Positions 14,943 through 27,875 of a stretch of DNA of 64,000 bases are shown one piece after another. The stretch lies in assembly GCA_963744715.1 (NCBI GenBank), contig CAVUUR010000006.1, positions 32,001-96,000 on the forward strand. The letters are read 5' to 3'. The stretch comes from an uncultured bacterium (GTDB taxonomy: Bacteria; Babelota; Babeliae; Babelales; JACPOV01). The notes under the pieces are model-generated. The model worked only from the letters and a program-made list of their open reading frames with translations, searched no databases and was not told where the DNA came from. Both the position numbers and the translations under genes were made by a program. Position 1 is the first letter of the stretch; every line of letters starts with the position of its first letter.

Positions 14943-15953
14943 CTAATCTAGATGAATGATATTTTTTATGCACATGGCATCTCCTGTTTTTATCCCTCTT
15001 ACTATTGAAGCGCTGCCAACTTCTACAATCTCGTTAGATTCTGTTACATCGCTCCGGCATTGATCAATCCCTCTATGACATTCTTCATGTTCTTGTTTGG
15101 CTAATTCTATTTCTTCTCGAGTGCCTTTAATCATAAAAGAACACGCTTGACCAAAAACATCTCGATTGCAATGGTATATATACTTTACAGAATTATTTGT
15201 ATCATCTATAGCTTTGTTGAAATCAAATAATGCTTTCTGCGACTGATCTAATGAGCCTGGAGCATTAGCCGCTTCTTCCAATTTTAATAAAAATTGATGC
15301 CTCGATAACTCGCGATACTTCTCTTCATGCAGCCTTTTATACCCTTCTGCAAGCTGCAAGTCCTCATATGCCTCAGATACATTATTACATTTTCTGCATG
15401 TATGTATATAAGATACGTTATTTCTATCATATATATCATTCGTATAACGACTCAAAGTATAATTATGTAAATTATTGAAATGCCAAGAGATATTCGCTTG
15501 GACAAAAATCTGTTCAACACAGGTCAAATAATCACTACAATTGATACAATGTTTAACAAATTTTTCAAGTAAATAAAATTTATTTGGCGCAGAAATTAGC
15601 GCATTGCAACTTTCGCATGCTTTCCTAGACTGTATTTCGTTACAGGTATGATCCTGAAATTTCTTGTTACACACTTTCTTATTCCCCGCAAAGAGATAAC
15701 AATTCTCGCAATAACCTTTGGCATCCTTAATCACAATCTGGCCTCTATTTTCAACCTTGATCGGATTCAAATGAGGGCCAGAATCTTCTCCTGCCGTCAA
15801 TATTTCTGCAAGTTTGTAAATATTTGGCATCACAATCGGTTTCTCCAATACTTTTGCCTTACGCTTGCCGCGTGTAGTTATTGCATTGTTTTCCATACCA
15901 TACATAGTATTAAAAAAAACAATCAATCCTATAATTATTAATTTTTTTTTCAT
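14943..15953 (-). CDS. Secreted Cys/His-rich hypothetical protein
   Basis: MKKKLIIIGLIVFFNTMYGME signal; several CxxC...H motifs; basic RGKRKAK. Confidence 0.75.
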   Translation of the reverse strand: MKKKLIIIGLIVFFNTMYGMENNAITTRGKRKAKVLEKPIVMPNIYKLAEILTAGEDSGPHLNPIKVENRGQIVIKDAKGYCENCYLFAGNKKVCNKKFQDHTCNEIQSRKACESCNALISAPNKFYLLEKFVKHCINCSDYLTCVEQIFVQANISWHFNNLHNYTLSRYTNDIYDRNNVSYIHTCRKCNNVSEAYEDLQLAEGYKRLHEEKYRELSRHQFLLKLEEAANAPGSLDQSQKALFDFNKAIDDTNNSVKYIYHCNRDVFGQACSFMIKGTREEIELAKQEHEECHRGIDQCRSDVTESNEIVEVGSASIVRGIKTGDAMCIKNIIHLD

Positions 15954-16252
15954 GGTTCCCCCTACTGTACCCAATATTTTTAAATCATTTTTTTAAAATG
16001 ATCCACACTATTAATTTCTGCAAAAGATTATTGCGCACAGAAGCTTAGCAAATACTTAATTAAATGTCACATTATTAAGTACGTTAATATTCATGTTTTT
16101 TTACTTGTTTTCTATTTCAACGTAATTAAATATATACAACATCTTCTCTTACATAATCTATTGCAACCTAGGTACATAGCCAAAAAATCATATTTTCGTT
16201 ATACTAATAATCGATTTTTAGACACATAGTTTTAGCATTTAGAGGATTATCA

Positions 16253-18718
<2,466 letters not shown>

Positions 18719-18726
18719 AAAACGTA

Positions 18727-18777
18727 ATTAGAAATACAGTTACATGGTAATATTACTTGTGTAACTGTATTTCTAAT
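18727..18777. terminator. 18-bp perfect stem between convergent leuS and NhaC-family gene
   Basis: attagaaatacagttaca ... tgtaactgtatttctaat. Confidence 0.75.
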
Positions 18778-18791
18778 ATTAAAAAAGTTTT

Positions 18792-20414
18792 TTATTGTTT
18801 TATTTTCTTATTCCCCAACCTTAACCAATAATATTGTATAAGCTCAAATATTATTATTACCGTAAAAATCCCCAAAAATAATGATAGTAATAAAGATTTG
18901 AAAAAACCACATGCTGTAAAACTTATTCCAAAAACACAATAACTCAACGCTGTCGCAATACCGACCGGCACTACATACCAAATCATAGATTTTATAAGTT
19001 CAAAGTGTTCTGCGCCACAACTGGCTGATGCCATAATGGGATTATCTGAGATTAATGAAATATGTGTCCCCATAACGCAGCCAGAAAGAGTTGCCCCTAT
19101 GATTGGTAATAGTAAGGGAACAGCATCGAGCGATGCTCCTTCCGGTATCGCTATGATAGTTTTAAGCATTGGTATAACGATTGGAAACATAAGTCCTATG
19201 GTACCCCATGCCGACCCAATCATCCAGGCAATGAGGGTGGCAACAATAAAACAACCTGCTGGAAAAAATATTGTATTTACAAAAGAAGAAAACATAGATG
19301 CAATATAAGAACCAGTTTGTAAATCTTGCTTTAAAAGCATACTAAGTGCCCATACATGAACAAGCATTAATAATGATGGAATCATTAATTGAATACCTTG
19401 CCACATCATTGGCCCTATCATTTTTAGTGTAATTTTATTACGTGCTAAGAAAAATAAAAAACTAACTATTACACTGCTCAGACCACCTACTAAAAATGCC
19501 TGTTGAATAGAACCATTTTTTATGGCTTCTGAGAAAGTATGCATACCACCAAACCAACTGATATCTCCCGTTATCAAAAGCATAATAAATACACTGCTAA
19601 TGAGAAAAAAAATTGGAAATACAAAATCAATAAGTGATGCTGATTGCTTTTCATCAGATGTAAATACGTGAACGCTTGTGGGATTCTTTTGATTATCATA
19701 ATACGCCATAGGGCCATATGAAATGCCGCGTAGAACAATATACCATGTACTTATGATCATAAATATTGCATAAAAAATAAAGGGAATCGACATCAAAAAT
19801 ACATAAAAAGGATCTGCATGTATAAGTGCCCTTGAATCTAATACGCCTATCCCAACCTGTTTAAGTTGGCCAACTATTTCACCAACCCAACTTGATAATG
19901 GCGAGAGAATAGCAATTGGTTCTGCCATGGCCGTTACTAAAAATGCTAATTTAACCGAGTTTAATCCATATAAATGAGCAAGCGGTCTCATAATAGAGCC
20001 AACCGTTAAAGCAGAAAAATAATCATCAATAAAAAAAATTAACGAAAGCAGGAGCGATGTTATTTCAGCAGATTTCTGATTTTTAACTTTTTTTTGCGCA
20101 AGTTTAATAAATGCCTGTGTACTTCCCGATTGTTGTAATAAAACAATCAAAATTCCCAATGATATCAAAAAAATGAAAATACTGAGATTCCAATTGGTCC
20201 AAATCGCATGCAAAGAATAAAGTTTACTTAAACCACTGCTTTCTGCCAATCGCTCTACAATCAGGTGCATGGACAAGGATAAATTACCATTTTTTGCTAT
20301 AAAAGCACTGCTAATAATGCCAATCAGAAAAGATACAATCATACGTCGTGTTATCAAAACAGATAACAATACCAATAATGGAGGAACTACAACAATCCAT
20401 GAATTAGTTATCAT
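18792..20414 (-). CDS. Na+/H+ antiporter NhaC-family transporter (possibly amino acid uptake)
   Basis: IFFIDDYF...VG..MRPL, PLSSW, GSAWGT, G.H.S.ISD..IMAS motifs; polytopic membrane protein. Confidence 0.88.
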   Translation of the reverse strand: MITNSWIVVVPPLLVLLSVLITRRMIVSFLIGIISSAFIAKNGNLSLSMHLIVERLAESSGLSKLYSLHAIWTNWNLSIFIFLISLGILIVLLQQSGSTQAFIKLAQKKVKNQKSAEITSLLLSLIFFIDDYFSALTVGSIMRPLAHLYGLNSVKLAFLVTAMAEPIAILSPLSSWVGEIVGQLKQVGIGVLDSRALIHADPFYVFLMSIPFIFYAIFMIISTWYIVLRGISYGPMAYYDNQKNPTSVHVFTSDEKQSASLIDFVFPIFFLISSVFIMLLITGDISWFGGMHTFSEAIKNGSIQQAFLVGGLSSVIVSFLFFLARNKITLKMIGPMMWQGIQLMIPSLLMLVHVWALSMLLKQDLQTGSYIASMFSSFVNTIFFPAGCFIVATLIAWMIGSAWGTIGLMFPIVIPMLKTIIAIPEGASLDAVPLLLPIIGATLSGCVMGTHISLISDNPIMASASCGAEHFELIKSMIWYVVPVGIATALSYCVFGISFTACGFFKSLLLSLFLGIFTVIIIFELIQYYWLRLGNKKIKQ

Positions 20415-20758
20415 TTAAGTCTCCCCCTGTGCTTGCTCGGTTAATCTTCTCAATAGAAATACAGGTGATATTATCTTTACTAAGAGTGTGATTTGTCCTA
20501 AAGAACGGTGAGATTGCATTATAATAAGTATTTGATGCACTAAAACATCCGTGTCCCTTAAAAAAGGGAATTCTATAATTATGAGCCATGTTAAATCCAA
20601 AAAAATTAAATATATAAATCAATTAAATTAATAATATAAAAAAATAAATATAGAGGGGCACAAAAAACTAATGTATAACATTACAATTTATGCACTAAAA
20701 AATATTATTTTGTTTATTTACTAAAAAAGGGAAATAAGTAGTAGAAAATAAACAGTAA

Positions 20759-20899
20759 TTACTGTTTTCGTTTGGGAAAACGTTTGAGGTAACGTTTTGA
20801 AAGAGAAAAAGAAGAAGAAAAAATAGAAAAAGTTGTTAATGCTGTCAGTTGATCTGCTAGCAGTTGCCTAAAATGATAAAAATTGGTTGTGCTACCCAT
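20759..20899 (-). CDS. Putative 46-aa small ORF / leader peptide (not in ORF track)
   Basis: AAGGAG RBS then MGSTTNFYHFRQLLADQLTALTTFSIFSSSFSLSKRYLKRFPKRKQ*, directly after a consensus-like promoter. Confidence 0.45.
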   Translation of the reverse strand: MGSTTNFYHFRQLLADQLTALTTFSIFSSSFSLSKRYLKRFPKRKQ

Positions 20900-20944
20900 T
20901 TGTTAACTCCTTATAGTTAAGCACATTGAAATATTATCATTATA

Positions 20945-20973
20945 AATGTAATTATTTTTGTTCTGTTTGTCAA
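20945..20973 (-). promoter_or_regulatory. Sigma70-type promoter
   Basis: TTGACA-17 nt-TACATT on the minus strand. Confidence 0.6.
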
Positions 20974-21003
20974 ATATTAATTTTTTTTGCTAACTATTGA
21001 ATC

Positions 21004-21034
21004 AAAAAAGGGTGCACTGATTCGATGCACCCTT
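21004..21034 (-). terminator. Rho-independent terminator of the YccA-family gene
   Basis: aagggtgca-tcgaatcag-tgcaccc-tttttt on the minus strand. Confidence 0.8.
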
Positions 21035-21057
21035 GAATACTAGCAATAAAATAGTAG

Positions 21058-21753
21058 TTACTCTTGTCTATTTTTACCCATAACACGTAATAAAAATAAG
21101 AATAAGTTAATAAAATCAAGATAGAGCGTTAATGCACCTACAATGGCGACTTTATTAACGACTTCACCTTGGCCAACCAACGCAGAACCAAGTTGTTTTA
21201 TTTTTTGACTATCGTACGCTGTTAGTAAGGTAAAAACGCCAACACCAATCAGCGAAATAATATAATCGGCAGCGGCACTTTTAACAAATAAATTAACCAA
21301 TAATGCAATGATGATACCAAATAATCCCATACGCGCTATCGAACCAACGCCGGTTAAATCATCTTTTGTTACATAACCGTAGATTGCCATAGAACCAAAC
21401 ATTCCAGCAGTTACCGCAAAAGCGAGATAAATGGAGGAAGAGGTATAGGCATAAAAAATTGATGAAAGTGTAACGCCCGTTAACACTGAGTATGCTATAA
21501 ATGCCATTGTTGCTGCTGCAGTGCTCATGCGCATTACAAAACCTGATAATGCAATAACGAGTGCGAGTTGTGCAATAAAAAGGCCAATAATAATATAAAA
21601 ATGTTTAAAAATAGCATTAAATAATGCGGTATTGGTGTACACGTAAAATGCAGTTCCCGCGGTTATTGCTAATCCTGCCGCCATCCATCCGTATACTTTA
21701 TACATGAATGATGAGGCCGTACCACTGGCTGAATAATTGTTGTTGTAATACAT
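21058..21753 (-). CDS. Bax inhibitor-1/YccA family membrane protein
   Basis: FMYKVYGWMA.GL, TAYDSQKIK, ALTLYLDFINLFL; start placed at the ATG after AAGGAG. Confidence 0.93.
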   Translation of the reverse strand: MYYNNNYSASGTASSFMYKVYGWMAAGLAITAGTAFYVYTNTALFNAIFKHFYIIIGLFIAQLALVIALSGFVMRMSTAAATMAFIAYSVLTGVTLSSIFYAYTSSSIYLAFAVTAGMFGSMAIYGYVTKDDLTGVGSIARMGLFGIIIALLVNLFVKSAAADYIISLIGVGVFTLLTAYDSQKIKQLGSALVGQGEVVNKVAIVGALTLYLDFINLFLFLLRVMGKNRQE

Positions 21754-21915
21754 AAAAACTCCTTTACCAATTAATAATGAGAAAGATTTCATCCTTTATA
21801 ATACGAAAAAAATCTGTACTATGCAATAGTAAAGGCCTGATGCCATGATACTTGCACTTTTTACTTATAGTTAAGTACAGTAAGAGAAAACTATAATTGC
21901 TTAAGGAGATACAAA

Positions 21916-22458
21916 ATGACCGGTAAAAAAAAATTATATGGTGCGTATATGTATGTACTATCAAGTTTATTGTTAGCGCAATTTAGTTCACAACAATCTT
22001 CAACAGGACACGAAAAACCAAACGTAAATTTTTTTGGTGAGCTCAAAGACCAAAGCGGCAATACCTATAACGTAGAAAATATTACTATTTCAGGACTTTA
22101 TAAACAAGTTCCTTTTTATAAGGTTCCCCCGCGCCCAACCATGAATCCTGATACCAATACCACCCGTATTGATCTGGAAGAAATATATCAAATTTCTGTT
22201 CCTTATAAAGGTGATGTCCCTAAAACATATACGTTAAATAAACGGGAATATATAGAAATTGAAGTTACCTATAATGATAGCGTAAAAACGAAAAGCTCGT
22301 ATATTATTGAAAAACGCAGAAAATTATATTGTGATCAACTAAGCGATGCGGGGATTATTCAAAAAGAGCTTTCTTTTGAAGCCGTAGATTACCTTATAAT
22401 AAAGGGCCATAGAGAACATGATGAAAAAAAATCTAACAAACTTTCTGAATTAGACTAA
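21916..22458 (+). CDS. Hypothetical exported protein
   Basis: 180-aa ORF with AAGGAG RBS and a hydrophobic N-terminal segment. Confidence 0.7.
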   Translation: MTGKKKLYGAYMYVLSSLLLAQFSSQQSSTGHEKPNVNFFGELKDQSGNTYNVENITISGLYKQVPFYKVPPRPTMNPDTNTTRIDLEEIYQISVPYKGDVPKTYTLNKREYIEIEVTYNDSVKTKSSYIIEKRRKLYCDQLSDAGIIQKELSFEAVDYLIIKGHREHDEKKSNKLSELD

Positions 22459-22535
22459 TTGGATCTTTCCCAATTTTTTATTTTTGTATATAGTTTTTAA
22501 AGAACTATGTACATTTTTTTAACAAGGAATACGCA

Positions 22536-22856
22536 ATGCCTGTCTTAATTACCAAAGATAACTACGATAAAGAAATCGTTAAGTCAACATTACCGATTGT
22601 TTTAGATGTTTTTGCCACCTGGTGCGGACCATGTAATCAAATGATGCCAACATTTGAAGAATTAGAAAAAGAATTGGGATCTCAGTATAGATTTGCTAAA
22701 TTAAATGTAGATGAATCACGAGAATTAGCCATTCAATTTGGCATTACTTCAATTCCAACCTTTGTCTTTATCAAAAATAATGAAATAAAGGCCAAAGAAG
22801 TTGGTTACATGAGTAAAGATGATTTACGAAAAAAAATAACTACTTCTCTCGCATAA
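22536..22856 (+). CDS. trxA: Thioredoxin
   Basis: WCGPC, KLNVDE, SIPTF. Confidence 0.95.
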   Translation: MPVLITKDNYDKEIVKSTLPIVLDVFATWCGPCNQMMPTFEELEKELGSQYRFAKLNVDESRELAIQFGITSIPTFVFIKNNEIKAKEVGYMSKDDLRKKITTSLA

Positions 22857-22862
22857 TAATTA

Positions 22863-22890
22863 AGCCAGGAAAATATCCTGGCTTTTTTTT
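22863..22890 (+). terminator. Rho-independent terminator after trxA
   Basis: agccagga-aaata-tcctggct followed by a T tract. Confidence 0.8.
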
Positions 22891-22892
22891 GC

Positions 22893-23663
22893 CTATGATG
22901 CGCGTGGAAACCATGGGAAAAATGCATTGGTTTCTTTTTTGTATTGTTGATATGCAATACTTCTTTCAAATGTTTTTTCTGCTAAAGGAATACCGGATAC
23001 AAACAGCAACAAATAGGTTAATAACAATGGGCTTATAATGGTTGTAAACCCAAAAGGAACTGGTAATGCAAGTAAAAATATGCCCCACCACATACTACTT
23101 TCACCAAAATAATTCGGGTGGCGTGTAAATCGCCATAATCCAGTTTTCATAACCATTTCTTGATCACGCCGATGCCCCAAAAATTGGCGCAATTGATAAT
23201 CAGCTATTGTTTCAATCAAAAAACCGCTCATCCATAGTAAAAAACCAATACTATCAAACCACCTTAATGGCACCGGCACGCTCGTATTTATTAATAACAC
23301 TGGATACGAAATAACTATGATTAAAAAACCTTGCAGCATAAAAATAAATACAAAAGCTTTGAACCGTGCATACTGACCCCATTTAGCACGCCACGTACGA
23401 TAACGTGGATCTTCACCATGCTTATAATTCCGCATAAGAAGGTAATACGAAATACGAATTCCCCATAATAGTACCAATAGGGTAACCCCTATACTACGCC
23501 CGTAAAAATTGTTGGAAATTATTAATGAACTAAGTGCAAGAATGATAAACCCTATACCCCATCCAACGTCAGCTATACTGTTATCCCGTTTATATTGGGC
23601 AATAATAAATAAGACTGTCATGTAACAAAAAATAAGTAGTGGTGCTAACAAAAACCAACTCAT
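22893..23663 (-). CDS. DUF1295 / steroid 5-alpha-reductase-like membrane protein
   Basis: D..WG, ED.RY, E..AD.Q, GLWRFTRHPNYFGE. Confidence 0.9.
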   Translation of the reverse strand: MSWFLLAPLLIFCYMTVLFIIAQYKRDNSIADVGWGIGFIILALSSLIISNNFYGRSIGVTLLVLLWGIRISYYLLMRNYKHGEDPRYRTWRAKWGQYARFKAFVFIFMLQGFLIIVISYPVLLINTSVPVPLRWFDSIGFLLWMSGFLIETIADYQLRQFLGHRRDQEMVMKTGLWRFTRHPNYFGESSMWWGIFLLALPVPFGFTTIISPLLLTYLLLFVSGIPLAEKTFERSIAYQQYKKETNAFFPWFPRAS

Positions 23664-23762
23664 ACATTCCCCTTTTTTTGATAATAGGTCTTTTTTATAT
23701 TCAATATAATATTGCTATCATATTGATAATACTATCATCAATAATTTATGGTTCAGCACTAA

Positions 23763-26336
23763 TTAGAATTCGTGATAGGCACTAAAATGAATTTCGCTTC
23801 TATTTTCGCCTCTGCGTGGATCAAGCTTGAAACCCCAATCAACTTTCATAGGAGTTGGCCTGAGCAATCTAACACCAAAACCTATAGCATGCCGATAGCT
23901 AAACGAATTATTTCTTAATCTAATTTTAGCAATTTCATCGGCATCTGGCGTATCCCAACCGGCACCACCATCATAAAAAAGAGCACCCTTCATAGAAAAA
24001 TCACGCGAAATCGGGAAGGACAATTCAGCATTAAGCCAAAATGCTTTTTGAGCGCCCAGAATATTTCTTTTGCCTGGATTAAGAGGGCTAACCAAATTAG
24101 GACCAATTTCACCAAATAAAAATCCTCTGACACTTGCAGGACCACCAACATTATATAGTTCGCGGAATGGGATGGTGCGATTTTTAAACGGAACCACTAA
24201 ACCTAAGTGTCCATGTAAACAGAATACTAAATCACGCTCTCCAATAAGTGGTGAATACCAACTTGCATCAAGATCTAGTTTAAAGAATCCAAATTCTCTT
24301 CGTTCATTACCATTAGTAAATGCTATCTTGGTTTGGCCAAACCATTGGTATCCACGGCTTGGATGCAACGGATGGTTGCGAACATCTTTTGATAGTTGTC
24401 CACCAAACCAAATAAAGTTACCGCTGGCAAATCTCTTATTTAATATTTCTTGTAATTCAATACGTTCTTCCGGTGTTAATGCCTGATCTGATACTTTTGG
24501 AAGATTTTTATAGGTCACCCCTTCAAACCCCAATTTAAATCCTGCAAGGGAATCTAATAATTTTTGTGAAAGAAAACCTATATTTATCGAACCACCCGTA
24601 ATTTCTTCATGAATCTCATTCTTTTCAAGAAAGTTAAATTCATCATACAGTGAACGGCGAGAGAAAACATCAACACCGGCACTGATAGGACGATCAAACA
24701 ACCATGGATCAGTAAGGTTAAAGAGTATATTACGTTCTTCCTTGGAAATTTCCCCATTTAAATTAAATTGAATACCACGTCCAAATAAATTGGTATCACT
24801 AGCCCCCATTTTTAAACTCAATGACTTCATGGGAGAAGAGAAATCTTCAGGAGAACCATTAAAACCGAGTTGCCACTCTAATCTGCCAGTTTTTACTTCT
24901 TTAACAATCAAATCCAACGTTGCTTTATTTTTATCAATACGATTAATTTTCCAATTGACACCATTGCGTGTATCAAAATAACCAAGCAATTCTACGCGAT
25001 TTTTTGATTCATCCATTGCCTGCGTTGTTAATAAACCACCTTCTTTGAGAGTAAGTTGGCGACGAATCACTCTATCATAGGTCTTTTCATTACCAATAAT
25101 ATTAATTCTGTCCAAATATACTTTTGATCCTAATTCGCTATAGAAACCGATTGCCACTGTTTTATTATCATCGTCAGGTTGAATTGATGGTTCAATATCG
25201 GCATTAATATACCCATATTCACCCCACAATAATCGTAAAACTTCCATTGATTCTCTGATTTTTTCTTTCGAATATAAATCACCAACTCTAACAGGAAGTT
25301 GTGCTAATAAAATATCCTCAGAGATAAGCTCATTACCAGGAACCTTGATAGAACTTATGGTATATTGCTCTCCTTCTTGAATAGAGAAGGTAACATTTAC
25401 CCGCTCACGTTTAGCATCCATATCTATGTTTACATCAATAACGTGAGCATTTAAAAATCCATTACTTTGATAATAGTTTTCAATAGTATGCCTATCACCT
25501 TCAATAGCATCTGGTTGATAGCTTCCTGCTCTATCTAAAAAACCGAGCAACCAATCTTCACGAGTAAAGATAAGACTACGTAGCTTTTTGCTCGTAAAAT
25601 AGGAATTGCCAGTAAAAAAAACCCGTTTCACGAGTGATTTGTGATTTTCTTTAATATCAAAAACAACCGTCGCTTTATTATCATCCGTTTGTAACGATGC
25701 TTGAATCTGCACATTATGATAATCTTTATCACGATACATTTTTTTAAGAATCGCTACATATTTGGCAAGGTCTTCTTCATCAACTGCGGATAGTTGAGAA
25801 AAATTAACTTTCTTTTTTATGTCTTTTTCAGTTAAATGAACATTACCTTTAAAAACAACGCCTTCGATAAATTTCTTTTCTTGAACCACAACAATAAGAT
25901 TCATGGTATCTGCATCAATAGTTTGCCCAAGAACTCTAACATGCTTGAAATATCCCAAACTATATATATTTTTGATGAGTGCGTTGGTTTTTTGCTTATC
26001 AAAAACCTCCCCAACCTTGTAAGGAATTTTACGCATAACCGCTTCAAGCGGGATATGATTTACCCCTTCTATAATAATATTCTTAATAGTTTTTGGTGTT
26101 TTTATCGGTTCAATAACTTCTTCAAGTTCACGATCATCATCTTCTTCTTGTTCTGATTGATCACCATCCACATCATCTTCTTGAGTATCAATACCCTCAG
26201 TATCATCAAAATCTTGTGCATTCGCTGGATCTGCAAGAATTTGAGCATACATCAAATCTAGTGGATATACGCTAACCATCAAAACAATTAAAAAAAATCG
26301 CAAGCAATAGACTATTCTTGACTGCGCTGATATCAT
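23763..26336 (-). CDS. bamA: Outer membrane protein assembly factor BamA (start uncertain)
   Basis: POTRA repeats, T.DRVIRR, GG..SVRGF, C-terminal Phe. Confidence 0.93.
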   Translation of the reverse strand: MISAQSRIVYCLRFFLIVLMVSVYPLDLMYAQILADPANAQDFDDTEGIDTQEDDVDGDQSEQEEDDDRELEEVIEPIKTPKTIKNIIIEGVNHIPLEAVMRKIPYKVGEVFDKQKTNALIKNIYSLGYFKHVRVLGQTIDADTMNLIVVVQEKKFIEGVVFKGNVHLTEKDIKKKVNFSQLSAVDEEDLAKYVAILKKMYRDKDYHNVQIQASLQTDDNKATVVFDIKENHKSLVKRVFFTGNSYFTSKKLRSLIFTREDWLLGFLDRAGSYQPDAIEGDRHTIENYYQSNGFLNAHVIDVNIDMDAKRERVNVTFSIQEGEQYTISSIKVPGNELISEDILLAQLPVRVGDLYSKEKIRESMEVLRLLWGEYGYINADIEPSIQPDDDNKTVAIGFYSELGSKVYLDRINIIGNEKTYDRVIRRQLTLKEGGLLTTQAMDESKNRVELLGYFDTRNGVNWKINRIDKNKATLDLIVKEVKTGRLEWQLGFNGSPEDFSSPMKSLSLKMGASDTNLFGRGIQFNLNGEISKEERNILFNLTDPWLFDRPISAGVDVFSRRSLYDEFNFLEKNEIHEEITGGSINIGFLSQKLLDSLAGFKLGFEGVTYKNLPKVSDQALTPEERIELQEILNKRFASGNFIWFGGQLSKDVRNHPLHPSRGYQWFGQTKIAFTNGNERREFGFFKLDLDASWYSPLIGERDLVFCLHGHLGLVVPFKNRTIPFRELYNVGGPASVRGFLFGEIGPNLVSPLNPGKRNILGAQKAFWLNAELSFPISRDFSMKGALFYDGGAGWDTPDADEIAKIRLRNNSFSYRHAIGFGVRLLRPTPMKVDWGFKLDPRRGENRSEIHFSAYHEF

Positions 26337-26528
26337 GTAATGCGCTCCTAACTTTATAAAGCTGTAATGTTTCATTTTTTTTGGTTCATGTAATAAAGTT
26401 AAGAATTTAGGATACCTTTTTTTTAAAAATTGACCAGAGAAGCCAATTTTTTTTACTATCTTTAATATATATAATATATTTTTTTTACATATGTAATTTA
26501 TTATTTCATAGCACATTAGGAATGTTTC

Positions 26529-27875
26529 ATGTTGAAAATTATTAATACATTAACTGGAAAAAAACAATCGGTTATTCCACTCAAAAATAAAACCATTACC
26601 TTATACGTGTGCGGCATTACTCCTTATGATTATCCACATATAGGACACGGTCGGGTATATGTCATGTTTGATCTTCTTTATCGCCTTTTGGTTTTTCTCG
26701 GTTATCACGTAATCTACTGCCGCAATTTTACGGACATCGATGATAAATTATTAAAAAAAGCGGAAGAACAATTCGGCAACCAAGCTCGTTATCATGAAAT
26801 AGCTCGTCATTTTATTGATGCATTTCATGAAGATCTAGCAGCTTTACATTGCCTTACTCCTACCTATGAGCCATTAGTGACAGAACATATCCCGGAAATT
26901 ATCACATTCATAACTGGATTATTGCAAACCGGTAAAGCCTATCGTGTTAATGGTGACATTTATTTTAGTATAGAGCAATTTCCAGATTATGGAAAATTAT
27001 CTAAACAGCACCTTGAACAACTTCGTGCCGGGCAACGAGTAGAAATAAATGAAGCAAAAAAAGACCCTCTCGATTTTGCGTTGTGGAAAAGTGAGCCCGA
27101 AGGTACTTTTTGGAAAAGTCCGTGGGGATACGGAAGACCGGGCTGGCACATTGAATGTTCTGCGCTAGCAAAACGTTACTTAGGAGATCAAGTCGATATG
27201 CATGGAGGAGGTATGGATCTTATATTCCCTCATCATGAAAATGAAATTGCACAATCGGAAGGGTTAACCGGCAAACCGTTCGTACATTTATGGATGCATT
27301 GTGCTTTTGTGCGCATTAATAAAGAGAAAATGTCAAAATCTCTAGGTAATTTTTTTACGTTGCGTGAGGTTTTTCGTGATGTTGATCCAATGGTACTTCG
27401 TTTTTATTATTTAAGTCATCATTACCGCTCACCGTTAGATTTTTCTTTTGAAGATCTTGCCGTAGCACAAAAAACATATCAAAAATTATGCTTATTTTTC
27501 GCACCACACACCTGCAACAAAACATATTCACAGGACGAATTGATTACCATGCCGGTTATTAAAGAAATGCTTGAGTTTCTGCAAGACGATTTAAATACAC
27601 CGGGCATGTTTGGCGTGCTTTTTACCTATATACACAAAGCACCTCATGACGAAAAAACTATAGGTGCACTACAATACTTTTTGAATACCGTACTTGGCTT
27701 GTCGCTACAACCACTACCGGAAAAACAGGTTGCTATCACACCGGAAATTCAAACGTTACTTGATCAACGAGAAGCCGCACGCGTAGTAAAAGATTGGGCA
27801 CGCGCAGATCAGTTGCGCAAACAATTAGAAGAGCTGGGAATAAACGTACATGACAAAAAAATTAATAAACCTTAA
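26529..27875 (+). CDS. cysS: Cysteine--tRNA ligase
   Basis: YVCG.T.Y..PHIGH, GRPGWHIECS, FPHHENE, KMSKSLGNF. Confidence 0.98.
   Translation: MLKIINTLTGKKQSVIPLKNKTITLYVCGITPYDYPHIGHGRVYVMFDLLYRLLVFLGYHVIYCRNFTDIDDKLLKKAEEQFGNQARYHEIARHFIDAFHEDLAALHCLTPTYEPLVTEHIPEIITFITGLLQTGKAYRVNGDIYFSIEQFPDYGKLSKQHLEQLRAGQRVEINEAKKDPLDFALWKSEPEGTFWKSPWGYGRPGWHIECSALAKRYLGDQVDMHGGGMDLIFPHHENEIAQSEGLTGKPFVHLWMHCAFVRINKEKMSKSLGNFFTLREVFRDVDPMVLRFYYLSHHYRSPLDFSFEDLAVAQKTYQKLCLFFAPHTCNKTYSQDELITMPVIKEMLEFLQDDLNTPGMFGVLFTYIHKAPHDEKTIGALQYFLNTVLGLSLQPLPEKQVAITPEIQTLLDQREAARVVKDWARADQLRKQLEELGINVHDKKINKP

Noticed and set aside
20415..20940. Lysine riboswitch or T-box upstream of the NhaC-family gene
   Set aside because: No recognisable conserved riboswitch or T-box motifs; the region is too AT-rich and unstructured by eye.
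26337..26516. Extended 917-aa N-terminus of BamA in the ORF track
   Set aside because: It runs through the AT-rich divergent promoter region with cysS; the signal peptide begins near MISAQ.
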